Below are positions 1-10,559 of a stretch of 64,000 nt of DNA, in pieces. Numbering within the stretch: position 1 is the stretch's first letter; each line of letters begins with the position of its first letter. Source of the stretch: Candidatus Wirthbacteria bacterium (lineage in GTDB: Bacteria > Patescibacteriota > CG2-30-54-11). The stretch is taken from assembly GCA_903889905.1 (NCBI GenBank), contig CAISZI010000053.1:74599-138598 (forward strand), written 5' to 3'. The position numbers were made by a program, and so were the translations under genes. The notes under the pieces are model-generated. The model made no database searches, was not told where the DNA came from, and worked only from the letters and a program-made list of their open reading frames with translations.

Positions 1-181
1 ATAGAGCAGCCGCAGCCACAATAAATGGAACGAAGAGGACTTACAAAAAAAGAACGGGAGTCTAAGGCATGCAGGTCAATTGATCTATTATGAGCAGTTA
101 GAGACAGTTTTGTTGTTGGTATTCAGGGAAATTAGTCCAAAAGTAGCATTTTAAGATGAGTTGGGGTAATATTGGGTCCTT

Positions 182-3100
182 TTGTTTAAAAATGGAGCCA
201 ACATGGGTAAGGGTGGAAGCGAATTCGAATCAAGACGGATCGACTTTAAGTTGACGGACATTCAACGCATGGCACTCATACTTCATGACGCTCCTGGCTT
301 ATGTGAACTTATTAGGAATCAACTAGACGGTAGAAGTCGGATTAATTTAGGCGAGTATGACCCGGATGAATCTGACGATGCTTTTTTGATGGCTACAATT
401 GGAGTGCCACGCGTCGGAAGATCTCTTTACGTTGGCGGACATGTGGAAGATATGAGGCAACTACTCAATGCAGCACAGCAGTTTCTTGACACCCAAGCGC
501 CTGTCGATGCAGATGAGTCGATGGTCGAGATAGCGCCGTCTTCAGAGCTTGTCCAAATGATTGCAGATATCCACAATGAAAGTCCTGCATTGTTTCGTAT
601 GCTAGAGTTATATGTCCAAAACGGATGGATTAATGCTACGACGGTTGGGATTCCATTGAGTGTCCAGCCTGTCTTTGAACGTTTATTGGGGGTTGATATC
701 TGGTCACTGTTTGATGGCAGCGAGCAGGATTCGGTGCGAAGTCAGCTGGCAGCCGGGATCAAGGCATATAGGGCGAGTAATGCCAATTACGACATGGGAA
801 ATATAGCTGGCGAGCCTGCCAAGTCGCCGGGGAATACACTGGATAAGATTTCGGAAGATCGTGCCGCGTTTGTTGGGTTGGCAGATAGTGACCCTGACGT
901 TGTGCTGGCAATTCTACAACATCGCAATACATCGGCAATTCCGTTAGGTCGATTAAGTCCAGATGCGATGTCCACTCTGCAAGGCTTGTTTGGGGGAAAT
1001 TTTGATCAGACTTTACCCGGTTCTGTCTGGTGGGAGAAAATCAAACTGGATTATTTGCAAGAAGTTTTAGATGGTATCGATATTGTTGGATTGCGGAAAA
1101 GTATTCGGCGGAGTAAAGCTGAGGTTGATAAAACAACAAGTCTTGAAACATACCCGAGTAGTATAAGTGCCCAGCATGGTGAAATAAATCATGACACACA
1201 AAGAGTAGATTGCCTGACAGGAATGTTTCGAACCAACAAAGCAGCCTTTTGGGCAGTCGAGCATGGTTTGAGACCAGACAATCAGAACGAAATGAATTCG
1301 GCATCGATTGATAGCAGTGTTCAGACAAATTTGGTTGACGCTTTTGGCGGGCAATTCGGTGAGGGCAAATGGAAAGGATTTGATGTTAATGCTTTGAGGC
1401 ATGCCCTTGCTGATCATCAGGTCATTGGCATGATCAATCAAGATGCAAAGCAAACTCGAGATTTAAATAATTCTGGTCAAGGATCCCGTGGGCGAGGTGC
1501 CAATGGATTGTCACTTGAACAGGTTACTGGATTTGAGCTTGATAACGCCGAGACCGCACTGGCAGTCAAAACTGCACTTGAGCAGGCCGATGTGATGGGC
1601 AATGATATTCGAATTGAAGTTGCTAAAGCACTGAGTTATGACACGAGAAAATTGCTCATGAGGATTTTTGAGGCAGATGAAGTGAAGGCACTGGCAACGG
1701 GTGGTCCTAAGCATTGGTACGCCATTACCAATGCCAACTGGCATCGTGCGGGTCTTACTCTAGGCGTGAACGAGCTATGGTTAAATGCGGTGGCCAAAAC
1801 ACGTACATGGGATCCGGACGCCAATCCGGCAGCGATGAACGGCATTGATGATCCAGACAAAATCGAAGCAATGCGCAAACACTATCTGGAATGGAAAGGC
1901 AGGAAAGCGGCTGCAGAAAGCGGAAGGAGACCACATCGTGATGATGTCAGACAGCGAAACGATCTGCGTGCACAACAGAACTCACAAATAGAGAAAACTC
2001 CTGCCTGGGTGCGAGAGAGGAATGCCGAACATATCGCCGATAGAAACCGTCGAAAATTAGATGACGTCAAAATCACATCGACTGGTGGCCTGTCCGGAAC
2101 GACGGTCAGCGACAAGTCGGGCGTCCCGGAAATGTTTGAAATGTTTTTTGATGCCCAAGGGACATATCAACAAGTTTCCCCTGAGGTATTTCAACGTGTC
2201 GTCGAAGCCAAGATGGCCCGTGCCCAGATGCGAATCAATGCCGGATGGGATAAACAAAGTCTGCAGACTGTCAAGAATGAGTTGCTTCGGACTGGTCGGC
2301 ATGATTGTGCGTCGGTTCTGGAAGCCAATTTGCTGCGGCATAAATTGAAACTGGATCCCAAGGACTATGGAATCTCAGGCAAGATGATCGTCGACAAAAA
2401 GGCAGAACAGGTGGCCGAACCAACCGCCGGTGCAGCTACTTTGTCGAGTGCAGAAATAAAACCAGCGGGTATCGATGCGAGAGGATGGGAGGAGGCAAGA
2501 GTATACTTGGACCATGATGCAAAAAAGGGAAGTTGCCATGCTTTGTTCAATTCCCAATCTGAAGCTGAGAGCGCCGCCAAAATATTGGGGATGGGAAAAG
2601 CGGTAAATGGCACGCTCTATGCTCCTTATGGGGATTATGAAAGGTTGAAAGCCGGACTTGAAGAACAATTTCGGAAAGCATCAACCCCACAAGTATTAAC
2701 AACCAGTTCTGTTGAGTCTCGACCCGCCATTACAGAGCAAGCCGAGTTGCCAAGGTTGGATATCAGTATTTGGACAGGAATTCAATATCTGACTGTGGGC
2801 CGCGGTGAATTGACAACTACGACGATTCGTTTTAAATCTGAACAGGTAGCCCTACGCGTCCAATCTGCATTGGGCATGGGCACAGTGGATGGTAGAGATG
2901 TGTTTGTGGAGATTCGTCAACGACAGTCATTGGAACAAGCCGTCGTCAAACAACGGGAAGTCGCATTGTCCCTGTCGCAAAGTGTAGCTCAAGAGTCCCC
3001 TGCTCGAACTAAAGCTGCTCGTCCCGCTTCCTCTCAGGAACAAGCAACGGACCCCAAAGCGACGACTAATAATCAGCGCGATGCGATGTTTTATTCTATG

Positions 3101-3682
3101 GTGATGCAGGGGTTGCGCGGCGAGGGGACGTTTATTTGTGACAGGGATAGCTTTGAAGCAAGGGTTTTGCGCGCCGTCGTGGCGAATTTGAACAATGAAT
3201 TTAAGGTTCCCGGTATTACTTGGAAAGTGGATGATTCTGACTTGATCATCTTCACCACGAGCCGGCAGTCTGCTCTGTTTGAGCAATTTGAACGATTTTT
3301 AACACAAGAACTCAATGCGCAAGCGACGGCACAAAGTCATGAATCAGCTACTGCAGCCAGTCCAGTATCTGGTGTTGATCAACGCGCCAGCGAACGGCAA
3401 CAAAGAATGGACAACCACCAGGACACAACGCTCTGTGCGATGGTCACGGATGGCTTGGCAAACAAAAACCGTTTTAGCTGTGCTGCGGGCTCAGAAGTTG
3501 CCCGGGCCATTAAAAAGGCTTACCAAAAAGCTACCGCAGACTTTCGGCTTGGTCTGCATGTGATGGAAGAGGGAGAAGATATAGTGATTGAGAGTATAAG
3601 TGGGCAGATTGAGCAAATCGAAATTTTTGCAGCGTACCTTTTGGAGGAAATTACTGTGCTAAGGTTGGCAGGTGAGAAATAG
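182..3682 (+). CDS. Large hypothetical protein (1166 aa) with internal repeats; start may be ATG at 203
   Basis: Long uninterrupted ORF followed by a terminator; no recognisable catalytic motif; two pairs of duplicated C-terminal modules visible by eye. Confidence 0.8.
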   Translation: MFKNGANMGKGGSEFESRRIDFKLTDIQRMALILHDAPGLCELIRNQLDGRSRINLGEYDPDESDDAFLMATIGVPRVGRSLYVGGHVEDMRQLLNAAQQFLDTQAPVDADESMVEIAPSSELVQMIADIHNESPALFRMLELYVQNGWINATTVGIPLSVQPVFERLLGVDIWSLFDGSEQDSVRSQLAAGIKAYRASNANYDMGNIAGEPAKSPGNTLDKISEDRAAFVGLADSDPDVVLAILQHRNTSAIPLGRLSPDAMSTLQGLFGGNFDQTLPGSVWWEKIKLDYLQEVLDGIDIVGLRKSIRRSKAEVDKTTSLETYPSSISAQHGEINHDTQRVDCLTGMFRTNKAAFWAVEHGLRPDNQNEMNSASIDSSVQTNLVDAFGGQFGEGKWKGFDVNALRHALADHQVIGMINQDAKQTRDLNNSGQGSRGRGANGLSLEQVTGFELDNAETALAVKTALEQADVMGNDIRIEVAKALSYDTRKLLMRIFEADEVKALATGGPKHWYAITNANWHRAGLTLGVNELWLNAVAKTRTWDPDANPAAMNGIDDPDKIEAMRKHYLEWKGRKAAAESGRRPHRDDVRQRNDLRAQQNSQIEKTPAWVRERNAEHIADRNRRKLDDVKITSTGGLSGTTVSDKSGVPEMFEMFFDAQGTYQQVSPEVFQRVVEAKMARAQMRINAGWDKQSLQTVKNELLRTGRHDCASVLEANLLRHKLKLDPKDYGISGKMIVDKKAEQVAEPTAGAATLSSAEIKPAGIDARGWEEARVYLDHDAKKGSCHALFNSQSEAESAAKILGMGKAVNGTLYAPYGDYERLKAGLEEQFRKASTPQVLTTSSVESRPAITEQAELPRLDISIWTGIQYLTVGRGELTTTTIRFKSEQVALRVQSALGMGTVDGRDVFVEIRQRQSLEQAVVKQREVALSLSQSVAQESPARTKAARPASSQEQATDPKATTNNQRDAMFYSMVMQGLRGEGTFICDRDSFEARVLRAVVANLNNEFKVPGITWKVDDSDLIIFTTSRQSALFEQFERFLTQELNAQATAQSHESATAASPVSGVDQRASERQQRMDNHQDTTLCAMVTDGLANKNRFSCAAGSEVARAIKKAYQKATADFRLGLHVMEEGEDIVIESISGQIEQIEIFAAYLLEEITVLRLAGEK

Positions 3683-3700
3683 GCCGGCGAAATGGATATC

Positions 3701-3729
3701 AAAAAACCACCTATGGGGGTGGTTTTTTT
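3701..3729 (+). terminator. Rho-independent terminator, probably bidirectional
   Basis: AAAAAACCACC-TATGGG-GGTGGTTTTTTT hairpin with A/T tracts on both sides, just after the 182..3682 stop. Confidence 0.8.
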
Positions 3730-3860
3730 GAGGTTGATGATTTGATGGCGGAGCCAGCCAAAGCAGAGAATGCGGGTAGGGGAGCCCTACTTCGTTTTTT
3801 GTCTTACCGGCGGAGCCATCCGTAGCTCGTCGCTTCATAGCCGACCCTCTCGAGCGAAGG

Positions 3861-3882
3861 ATGGTGGAGTTGAGGGGAGTCG
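3861..3882 (-). repeat. att site: displaced 3' fragment of tRNA-Ala (T-loop to CCA)
   Basis: Identical to 13398-13419; the CCATCCGTAGCTCG...CGAGCGAAGGATGG hairpin next to it looks like the original tRNA trailer. Confidence 0.9.
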
Positions 3883-4291
3883 TATACAAGTCCCTGCGAA
3901 GCGTTCTGACGGTGAGCAGCTGAACGCAGTAATGACGATGTTGCTACCTACTGATACCGCAGGCTCCCTTCCGATTCGCTGACGAATCTACAGGGATCGA
4001 AATGGATAAGTACCTCTAAACGCGATGACTTGTTAAGATGTACTTTATAAGTTTCACTAAGTTCGAAGACTCACTAAGTTCAGCTTTATGGTGGATATAG
4101 GGTAACAATACTTGAACTTTTTAGCAAGATGATGACTAGGTGGCAGCAGGTAAACCGTTGGAATGGCTTCATGACGGACTTTCTGGAGCACAACAGGGGA
4201 ACAGAAGGGCTTGTGATAGATAAGCTGCGTTTATAGAAGGGGGGCGGTGTGCTATGGTGGGCAGGGTACTCACATACTCAAAGGGGGCAAT

Positions 4292-4600
4292 ATGGACAAA
4301 TCAGACAAGGAAGAACTGAAAGCGGTAGTAGCGTACATCTATGCTCTGGTGAACAAGGTCGAAAGCAGTGATTCTCTTAGCAAAAGCCCGAGAATCAAGA
4401 AAGATATGGCAAATTTGGCAATTGCTTTACGCCATTTCGTTGATAGTGTCGAGAACGATAAAGCTAAACAGGCAGAAACAGGGGAGCAGTCAGAGCAAGG
4501 GCAACCTGCCAAGCTGAAGCCAGGTCAGGCGTATGATGAATGGGGAGAAGTGGTTCAACTATCATTAGCCCACAAGCAGACAGGTATTACGAACAAATAA
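4292..4600 (+). CDS. Small hypothetical protein in the island (~102 aa)
   Basis: ORF 4247..4600; ATG at 4292 preceded by AAGGGGG; charged, helical-looking composition. Confidence 0.5.
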   Translation: MDKSDKEELKAVVAYIYALVNKVESSDSLSKSPRIKKDMANLAIALRHFVDSVENDKAKQAETGEQSEQGQPAKLKPGQAYDEWGEVVQLSLAHKQTGITNK

Positions 4601-5122
4601 GCCCGAAGGCGCATGAACTTTAGGCAATGTTTAGTATTATTAACTATCTTTGAATGTTAGTAATTATTAACTATCTGTTGCAGGGATGAGGCACTAGGGG
4701 TGGGTGCTATTTCTGCGACAGCATTCTCTTTGCCCTATAGGCTCTTTTTTTGTATTAGTGCATTAGGCAAGAAAGGGGAAGGACATACGAGCAAAGGTTG
4801 GATGGGGGGTAGCATGTTCTGACGAGAAATGTCAAGGTTTTGCCCGCTACTCCCGCTGTGGAGGATACCTTTCTGTGTAATTAGGAGGAATAACGGATTT
4901 GTCCTCTTAATTGGGTATCAATATCGAGATGGGAGCAAAAAAACCGCAGTATTCGATTCCCTTGTTAGAATTGAGTAAGAGGAATAACCATACAGGACGC
5001 TCTCCGCGAAACATTGTTTATAATTATGAACTTGTCTGTTTGCTTAGTACAAAACAACTAAACTATAATGACTGAGTGTTTATGCCTGTAGCGTCTTGTA
5101 ATGCAATGAAAAAGGATGGAAT

Positions 5123-7027
5123 ATGACCACTTTTCCCAAAATGGACGGTACTTCATATAGCCCACAACAGGAGCTATTTGAGCTATTGCAGGCTCGTTTC
5201 CCCGATGTATTCACCGAGGGGAAAATAGACCCTATCAGGCTCAAGCGGTCTTTGGGTGAACAGGTCAATGTAGATAGCGAGCGCTATGGTTTGAATTGGG
5301 CAGGTAAAAGCGATTGTTACCGCCATATTCAGGAATCAACTACAGCGACCCTCAAACCAGTGCGAAAAGAGTCTGTAGACTTCGACACTACCCAGAACTT
5401 GTTCATCGAGGGAGACAATCTCGAAGTGCTCAAAGTGTTGCAGAAGTCCTACTATGGCAAGGTCAAAATGATTTATATTGACCCGCCATACAACACAGGA
5501 AGTGATAGTTTTATCTATCCAGACAGGTTCCAAGAGTCCCAAGACGATTATCTAAAGAGAATCGGTGAAAAAGACGAATCGGGTAATTTGATGCGAGATG
5601 GTATGTTTCAGAAAAATAGCCGAGATAATGGGCATTACCATTCCAATTGGCTATCAATGATGTACCCACGATTGTTTTTGGCGAGGAATCTATTGCGGGA
5701 AGATGGGGTTATCTTTGTCAGTATTGATAATAATGAAGTCCATAATTTACGGTTGGTAATGGATGAAATATTCGGGGCAGAGAATTTTATAGACTGCATT
5801 ATATGGAAAAAAAGGTATGGCGGTGGTTCAAAGGAAAAATATCTAGTGTCTTTACATGAATACATTTTATTTTATTCCAAAGATGTTAATCATTTAGACC
5901 CACTGTTTGTTCACCAAGACGAAGCAAATATCGCAAGATATTACAAATACAAAGATGAAAAATTTGAAACGAGAGGTCCCTATCGTACTCACCCATTGGA
6001 AGCGACAAAAAGCATGGGGGATAGGAAGAATTTGATTTATCCCATACCAGCACCAGACAAAACGTATATTAACCCTCAGCGTCAATGGCTTTGGAAGAAA
6101 GAAAGGGTAGAACAAGCATTAAAGAATAATGAGCTTGAGTTTATCAAAACCGACAAAGGATACTCAGTTCATACAAAACAGTATTGGCGTGATGAATCCG
6201 GTGAAGTAAGACAGAGTAAAATGTTTTCAATTATCGACAATGTTTATACTCAATCTGGTACAAATGAAATAATCGAGCTATTTGGGAATGCTCAAATTTT
6301 TTCTTTCCCAAAACCTACAGCACTTCTTAAACCCTTGATTCAGCTAACAACAGATTCGGTACAAGAGGAGATAGTTTTAGATTTTTTTGCCGGTTCAGGA
6401 ACCACTGCCCATGCGATTATTGCCCAGAACTATGAGGATGGTGGTAATAGAAAATACATTCTAGTGCAGCTTCCAGAGGCTTGCGCAGACGATAGCGAAG
6501 CATTTAAAAAAGGCTATAAAACCATTGCAGATGTTGCAAAAGAACGTATCAGGAGGGTTGGAAAAGAAATAGTAAAAAAGAAACAATCCAAACTAAATCT
6601 TGATGGAAAAAAGATTGATGTTGGATTCAAAGTGCTTGAATTGGAAGATAGTAATTTCAAGGTCTGGCGAGGGGATGTAGAGTCAGCTGAAGTTTTACTT
6701 GAGCAAATGGAAGCCTTTGTCGATAACACGAATCCTGATGCTATCAAAGAAAGCGTGCTTTATGAACTTATCTTGAAAAGTGGGCTAGATTTGAACGTGG
6801 CTGTTGAGAAAAGGGATATAGGGGGTAAGGCTGTATTTGTGTTGAATGGGGGTAAATTGGCGGTCTGCTTAGAAGATGAGCTCAACCAGGCGGTTGTCGA
6901 TGCTGTTGTCTCTATCAAGCCAGAAAAAGTGCTGTGCTTGGATAAGTCATTTGGTGGTAATGACCAGCTCAAGACTAATGCCATGCTTCAGATGGAACAG
7001 GCAAAGATAGACTTCAAGGTGGTGTAG
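5123..7027 (+). CDS. mod: Type III R-M methyltransferase subunit (beta-class amino-MTase)
   Basis: NLFIEGDNL, IYIDPPYNTG (motif IV), FPKP, VLDFFAGSGTT (motif I), typical Mod C-terminal domain; res gene downstream. Confidence 0.93.
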   Translation: MTTFPKMDGTSYSPQQELFELLQARFPDVFTEGKIDPIRLKRSLGEQVNVDSERYGLNWAGKSDCYRHIQESTTATLKPVRKESVDFDTTQNLFIEGDNLEVLKVLQKSYYGKVKMIYIDPPYNTGSDSFIYPDRFQESQDDYLKRIGEKDESGNLMRDGMFQKNSRDNGHYHSNWLSMMYPRLFLARNLLREDGVIFVSIDNNEVHNLRLVMDEIFGAENFIDCIIWKKRYGGGSKEKYLVSLHEYILFYSKDVNHLDPLFVHQDEANIARYYKYKDEKFETRGPYRTHPLEATKSMGDRKNLIYPIPAPDKTYINPQRQWLWKKERVEQALKNNELEFIKTDKGYSVHTKQYWRDESGEVRQSKMFSIIDNVYTQSGTNEIIELFGNAQIFSFPKPTALLKPLIQLTTDSVQEEIVLDFFAGSGTTAHAIIAQNYEDGGNRKYILVQLPEACADDSEAFKKGYKTIADVAKERIRRVGKEIVKKKQSKLNLDGKKIDVGFKVLELEDSNFKVWRGDVESAEVLLEQMEAFVDNTNPDAIKESVLYELILKSGLDLNVAVEKRDIGGKAVFVLNGGKLAVCLEDELNQAVVDAVVSIKPEKVLCLDKSFGGNDQLKTNAMLQMEQAKIDFKVV

Positions 7028-7030
7028 TAT

Positions 7031-7816
7031 ATGCAAAAGAGTCCATACCTACAAAACTACTATCGTGAAATTGAATTTTCACTATGGAATCGAAAGATAA
7101 ACCATGCAGTCGCTTCTATCACAAGTCTAAAACGAGACAAGAGCAAGAAAAAGTATTTTATTGAGCTGTACTCAACATATCTTCAGCTGATTGAGATTTT
7201 TTGTATCAATGTGTTCGTAATCACTGAGAACGATTTGTGGAGCAACGTTTTTTTGAGTAACCGTCAACTAGCTGAAAAGATACAAAACAGATTTTATCAG
7301 GCTGAAAGTAGTCGTTTTGACAAGAAGTTCAGTACTTTTTTCCTAGAACATTGGGTATTTGGCGTTGAAGATAAGACTGCTATCCGAGACTTTGCTGGGA
7401 AAATAGAGTTGTATTTGGATATTATCAAAGAGAGCCTTTTTGATTATTCCGAAGATAAACATTTTCTGAATTCATACAAACACGGCTTTCGAGTTCAAGC
7501 GGGAGGGAAGAGTACTTTTGGGATAGGAATAGGTACATCTCAAGAAGTTCATAAATTAGGTGATTTCAACGCAAGTGTGACGTATTTTCACAAAAAAGAG
7601 GCGGTGATTTTCGAAAGGCAGATTTGTTTCAACTGGGAACGGATTTACCAAAAAACTTCATTTTTGTTGAATATGCTCCAAAACATCAAAACAGTGTATA
7701 CAGCAAAGTCGAAACAAGTAATAGACATCAATACATTGTTCATTGTTGACTCACAACAGTTTAACCAATTCAGTGGGTATTTTCGTACTAACACCCCAAT
7801 TTTCGAGATAAAATAG
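7031..7816 (+). CDS. Hypothetical protein between mod and res, putative HEPN-like domain
   Basis: Gaps of 3 bp after mod and 1 bp before res; helical N-terminal half followed by FLNSYKHGFR, resembling the HEPN (R/N)x4-6H motif. Confidence 0.6.
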   Translation: MQKSPYLQNYYREIEFSLWNRKINHAVASITSLKRDKSKKKYFIELYSTYLQLIEIFCINVFVITENDLWSNVFLSNRQLAEKIQNRFYQAESSRFDKKFSTFFLEHWVFGVEDKTAIRDFAGKIELYLDIIKESLFDYSEDKHFLNSYKHGFRVQAGGKSTFGIGIGTSQEVHKLGDFNASVTYFHKKEAVIFERQICFNWERIYQKTSFLLNMLQNIKTVYTAKSKQVIDINTLFIVDSQQFNQFSGYFRTNTPIFEIK

Positions 7817-7817
7817 A

Positions 7818-10520
7818 GTGGTAATGAAACTTCAATTCGATGCTAGCCAGCAATATCAGCTGGACGCCATCAATTCCATAGTAGACATTTTCAAAGGGCA
7901 GCCTTTGAGCAAGGGTGTTTTTGAGCTTGAGGTAAAGCGTCCTGACGACGAGCTTCAGCTGGGTGGCGAGTTTGTTGTGGGCAATAAGCTCATGCTCGAG
8001 CCGGATACCATCATTGCAAATCTTCATGAAATACAAACTCGGAATGAACTGACAATATCCGAAGTGGCAACTGGAGCAACATTTCCTGCAAGTTTTCCCT
8101 TGGATTTCAGCCGTCGTTTACAATATGGAATGAACTTTTCCATAGAAATGGAAACAGGAACAGGTAAAACCTATGTGTATCTGCGAACTATCCACGAGCT
8201 GTACCAGAAGTATGGTTTCAAAAAGTTTGTTATCGTCGTGCCTAGCATTGCCATCAGGGAAGGAGTGCTCAAGAATCTAGAGATAACAGCCGAGCACTTT
8301 GCCATGCTGTATGAAAACCCAGCACTTAATTTTGAGGTCTATGACCCCAAAAAGAGGAATCTGCTCAAAACCTTTGCTACCAACAACACCTTGCAGATTC
8401 TAGTGATAAACATTGATTCTTTTGCCAAATACAGCGACGAGAAAGCTGGCAAAAACATCATTTACCAAAACAGCGACTGGGGTATCCCGATTGAATACCT
8501 CAAGGCTGTCAGCCCTATCGTCATCGTCGATGAACCGCAAAACATGGAAACCGATATTCGCAAAAAGGCTATAGAGAATCTCAACCCGCTTTGCACTCTG
8601 CGATATTCGGCAACACACAAAAATCTGTACAACGTGGTGTATACCCTAGACCCTGTCAAAGCCTATGATTTGGGCTTGGTCAAAAAGATAGAGGTGGACT
8701 CCGTCATAACCGAGGATAACCACAATGCTGCCCTGATAGAAGTGGTTTCTTTTCAAACCACTTCAAAGTCAGTTAGTGCCAAGCTCAAAATTGAAGTTGT
8801 AGATTCGGAAAGCGTAGGGAAAAAAGCGGTAACAGTAAGGCTCGGTGACGACTTGTACCGACTTTCCAACCAGAGGGAAGTGTACAAAGATGGCTTTATA
8901 GTCAATGACATAGGCTTTCAGGCTAAATCCATTACGTTCAGCAATGGTCTAGTGTTGTATGAAGGGCAGTCTCAAGGGGGCATGACCGATGCGATAATGA
9001 AGTATCAGATTCGGAAAACCATCGAGAATCATGTTGAGAAGGAAGCCAAACTCAGAGGCAAGGGAATCAAAGTCTTGTCTCTATTCTTCATCGACCGTGT
9101 AGCGAACTATCGAGAATATACGGAGGGGAAGCCCAACAAAGGCAAGTTTGCCCTCTGGTTCGAGGAACTATACAAAGAAATAGCCCGAAACCCCAAATAT
9201 CAGGAATTGATGGTTCATTCTGCTGATTCGGTTCATAACGGATACTTTTCTCAAGACAAACAGGGTGGCTGGAAGGATACCAAGGGAACAACCCAGGCTG
9301 ATGATGATACCTACGCCATAATCATGAAAGAAAAAGAAAAACTGCTTTCGATGGAAGAACCTTTAAAGTTTATCTTTTCCCATTCCGCACTCAAAGAAGG
9401 CTGGGACAACCCTAATGTTTTTCAAATCTGTACCCTGAGAGAAATTACTTCAGAGGGGGAAAAGAGACAAACCATAGGACGTGGCTTGAGGCTTTCTGTA
9501 AATCAGGACGGAAAGCGGGTTTTTGATGAGAACATCAACATTCTTACCGTCATTGCCAATGATAGCTATGAGGACTTTGCCAAGTCATTGCAGACCGAAA
9601 TTGAGAGAGAATGTGGAGTCAGCTTTTCAGGCAGGGTAAGGGATAAGCGGAAAAGAAAGCAGATGCAATTGAGAAAGGGCTATCAGCTTGATGAAAATTT
9701 CATCAGCCTTTGGGATAGAATCAAGGTCAAAACCAGATTCCAGGTCAGCTATGATTCCAATGAGTTGATTCGACTGGTTGCCAACGAACTAAAGACGGCA
9801 GCGATAACTGCACCCAAAATCAAAAATATCAAGGTCAAGGTTGACCTAACCAGGCATGGTATCGATACAGGGGTAGTAACCGTCAATGAAAGGACGGAAA
9901 AGTTCAAGGGAAGCGTTCCTGACGTGCTAGGTGACATCCAAAACAAGACGAGGCTGACCAAGGACACGATTCTCAAGATTATCAAGGCTTCGGGTAGGCT
10001 GGCAGACATTTTCATCAACCCGCAGCAATTCATGGACATAACCTCCCATATCATCAACTCAACACTGACCAAGATGATGGTTGATGGTGTGAAGTACGAA
10101 AAAATAGCCAGTGAAGTATGGGAAATGCAACTATTCGAGAATCAGGAGCTGGAAAGCTATCTGGAGAATCTAGTAGAGGTCAAAAAGGTAGAGAAGACCC
10201 TATATAACTATGTACCAGTAGACCATCAAGTAGAGTCTGAGTTTGCCAAAGACCTGGATTCCAGAGAAGACGTGAAGTTCTATTTCAAGCTGCCCTCATG
10301 GTTCACTATCCAAACGCCACTAGGGACATACAATCCTGACTGGGCAATTGTGTTTGAAAAGGATAAAAGGGTTTATTTCGTGGCTGAAACCAAGTCAAAA
10401 GGACAAGAGCTCCGCCCATCAGAACAAATGAAGATTGACTGCGGGCGTAAGCACTTTGAGGAATTTGAAGATGTGACCTATATGGCACCTATCACAAAAG
10501 TCAGCGATATTGTGATTTGA
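7818..10520 (+). CDS. res: Type III restriction endonuclease subunit (SF2 helicase plus PD-(D/E)xK nuclease)
   Basis: FSIEMETGTGKT Walker A, IVDEPQ, SALKEGWDNPNVFQIC, QTIGRGLRL, C-terminal YNPDWA...VAETK. Confidence 0.93.
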   Translation: MVMKLQFDASQQYQLDAINSIVDIFKGQPLSKGVFELEVKRPDDELQLGGEFVVGNKLMLEPDTIIANLHEIQTRNELTISEVATGATFPASFPLDFSRRLQYGMNFSIEMETGTGKTYVYLRTIHELYQKYGFKKFVIVVPSIAIREGVLKNLEITAEHFAMLYENPALNFEVYDPKKRNLLKTFATNNTLQILVINIDSFAKYSDEKAGKNIIYQNSDWGIPIEYLKAVSPIVIVDEPQNMETDIRKKAIENLNPLCTLRYSATHKNLYNVVYTLDPVKAYDLGLVKKIEVDSVITEDNHNAALIEVVSFQTTSKSVSAKLKIEVVDSESVGKKAVTVRLGDDLYRLSNQREVYKDGFIVNDIGFQAKSITFSNGLVLYEGQSQGGMTDAIMKYQIRKTIENHVEKEAKLRGKGIKVLSLFFIDRVANYREYTEGKPNKGKFALWFEELYKEIARNPKYQELMVHSADSVHNGYFSQDKQGGWKDTKGTTQADDDTYAIIMKEKEKLLSMEEPLKFIFSHSALKEGWDNPNVFQICTLREITSEGEKRQTIGRGLRLSVNQDGKRVFDENINILTVIANDSYEDFAKSLQTEIERECGVSFSGRVRDKRKRKQMQLRKGYQLDENFISLWDRIKVKTRFQVSYDSNELIRLVANELKTAAITAPKIKNIKVKVDLTRHGIDTGVVTVNERTEKFKGSVPDVLGDIQNKTRLTKDTILKIIKASGRLADIFINPQQFMDITSHIINSTLTKMMVDGVKYEKIASEVWEMQLFENQELESYLENLVEVKKVEKTLYNYVPVDHQVESEFAKDLDSREDVKFYFKLPSWFTIQTPLGTYNPDWAIVFEKDKRVYFVAETKSKGQELRPSEQMKIDCGRKHFEEFEDVTYMAPITKVSDIVI

Positions 10521-10559
10521 ACAAAGTTCATAATGATTAACTTTTAGAGATAGAACTAT

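Noticed and set aside
3770-3982. Independent 70-aa gene
   Set aside because: It spans palindromic tRNA-trailer DNA and the att site; only its 3' half is meaningful, as the alternative integrase tail
5123-7027. Phase-variable mod (phasevarion)
   Set aside because: No simple-sequence repeat tract seen in or upstream of the gene
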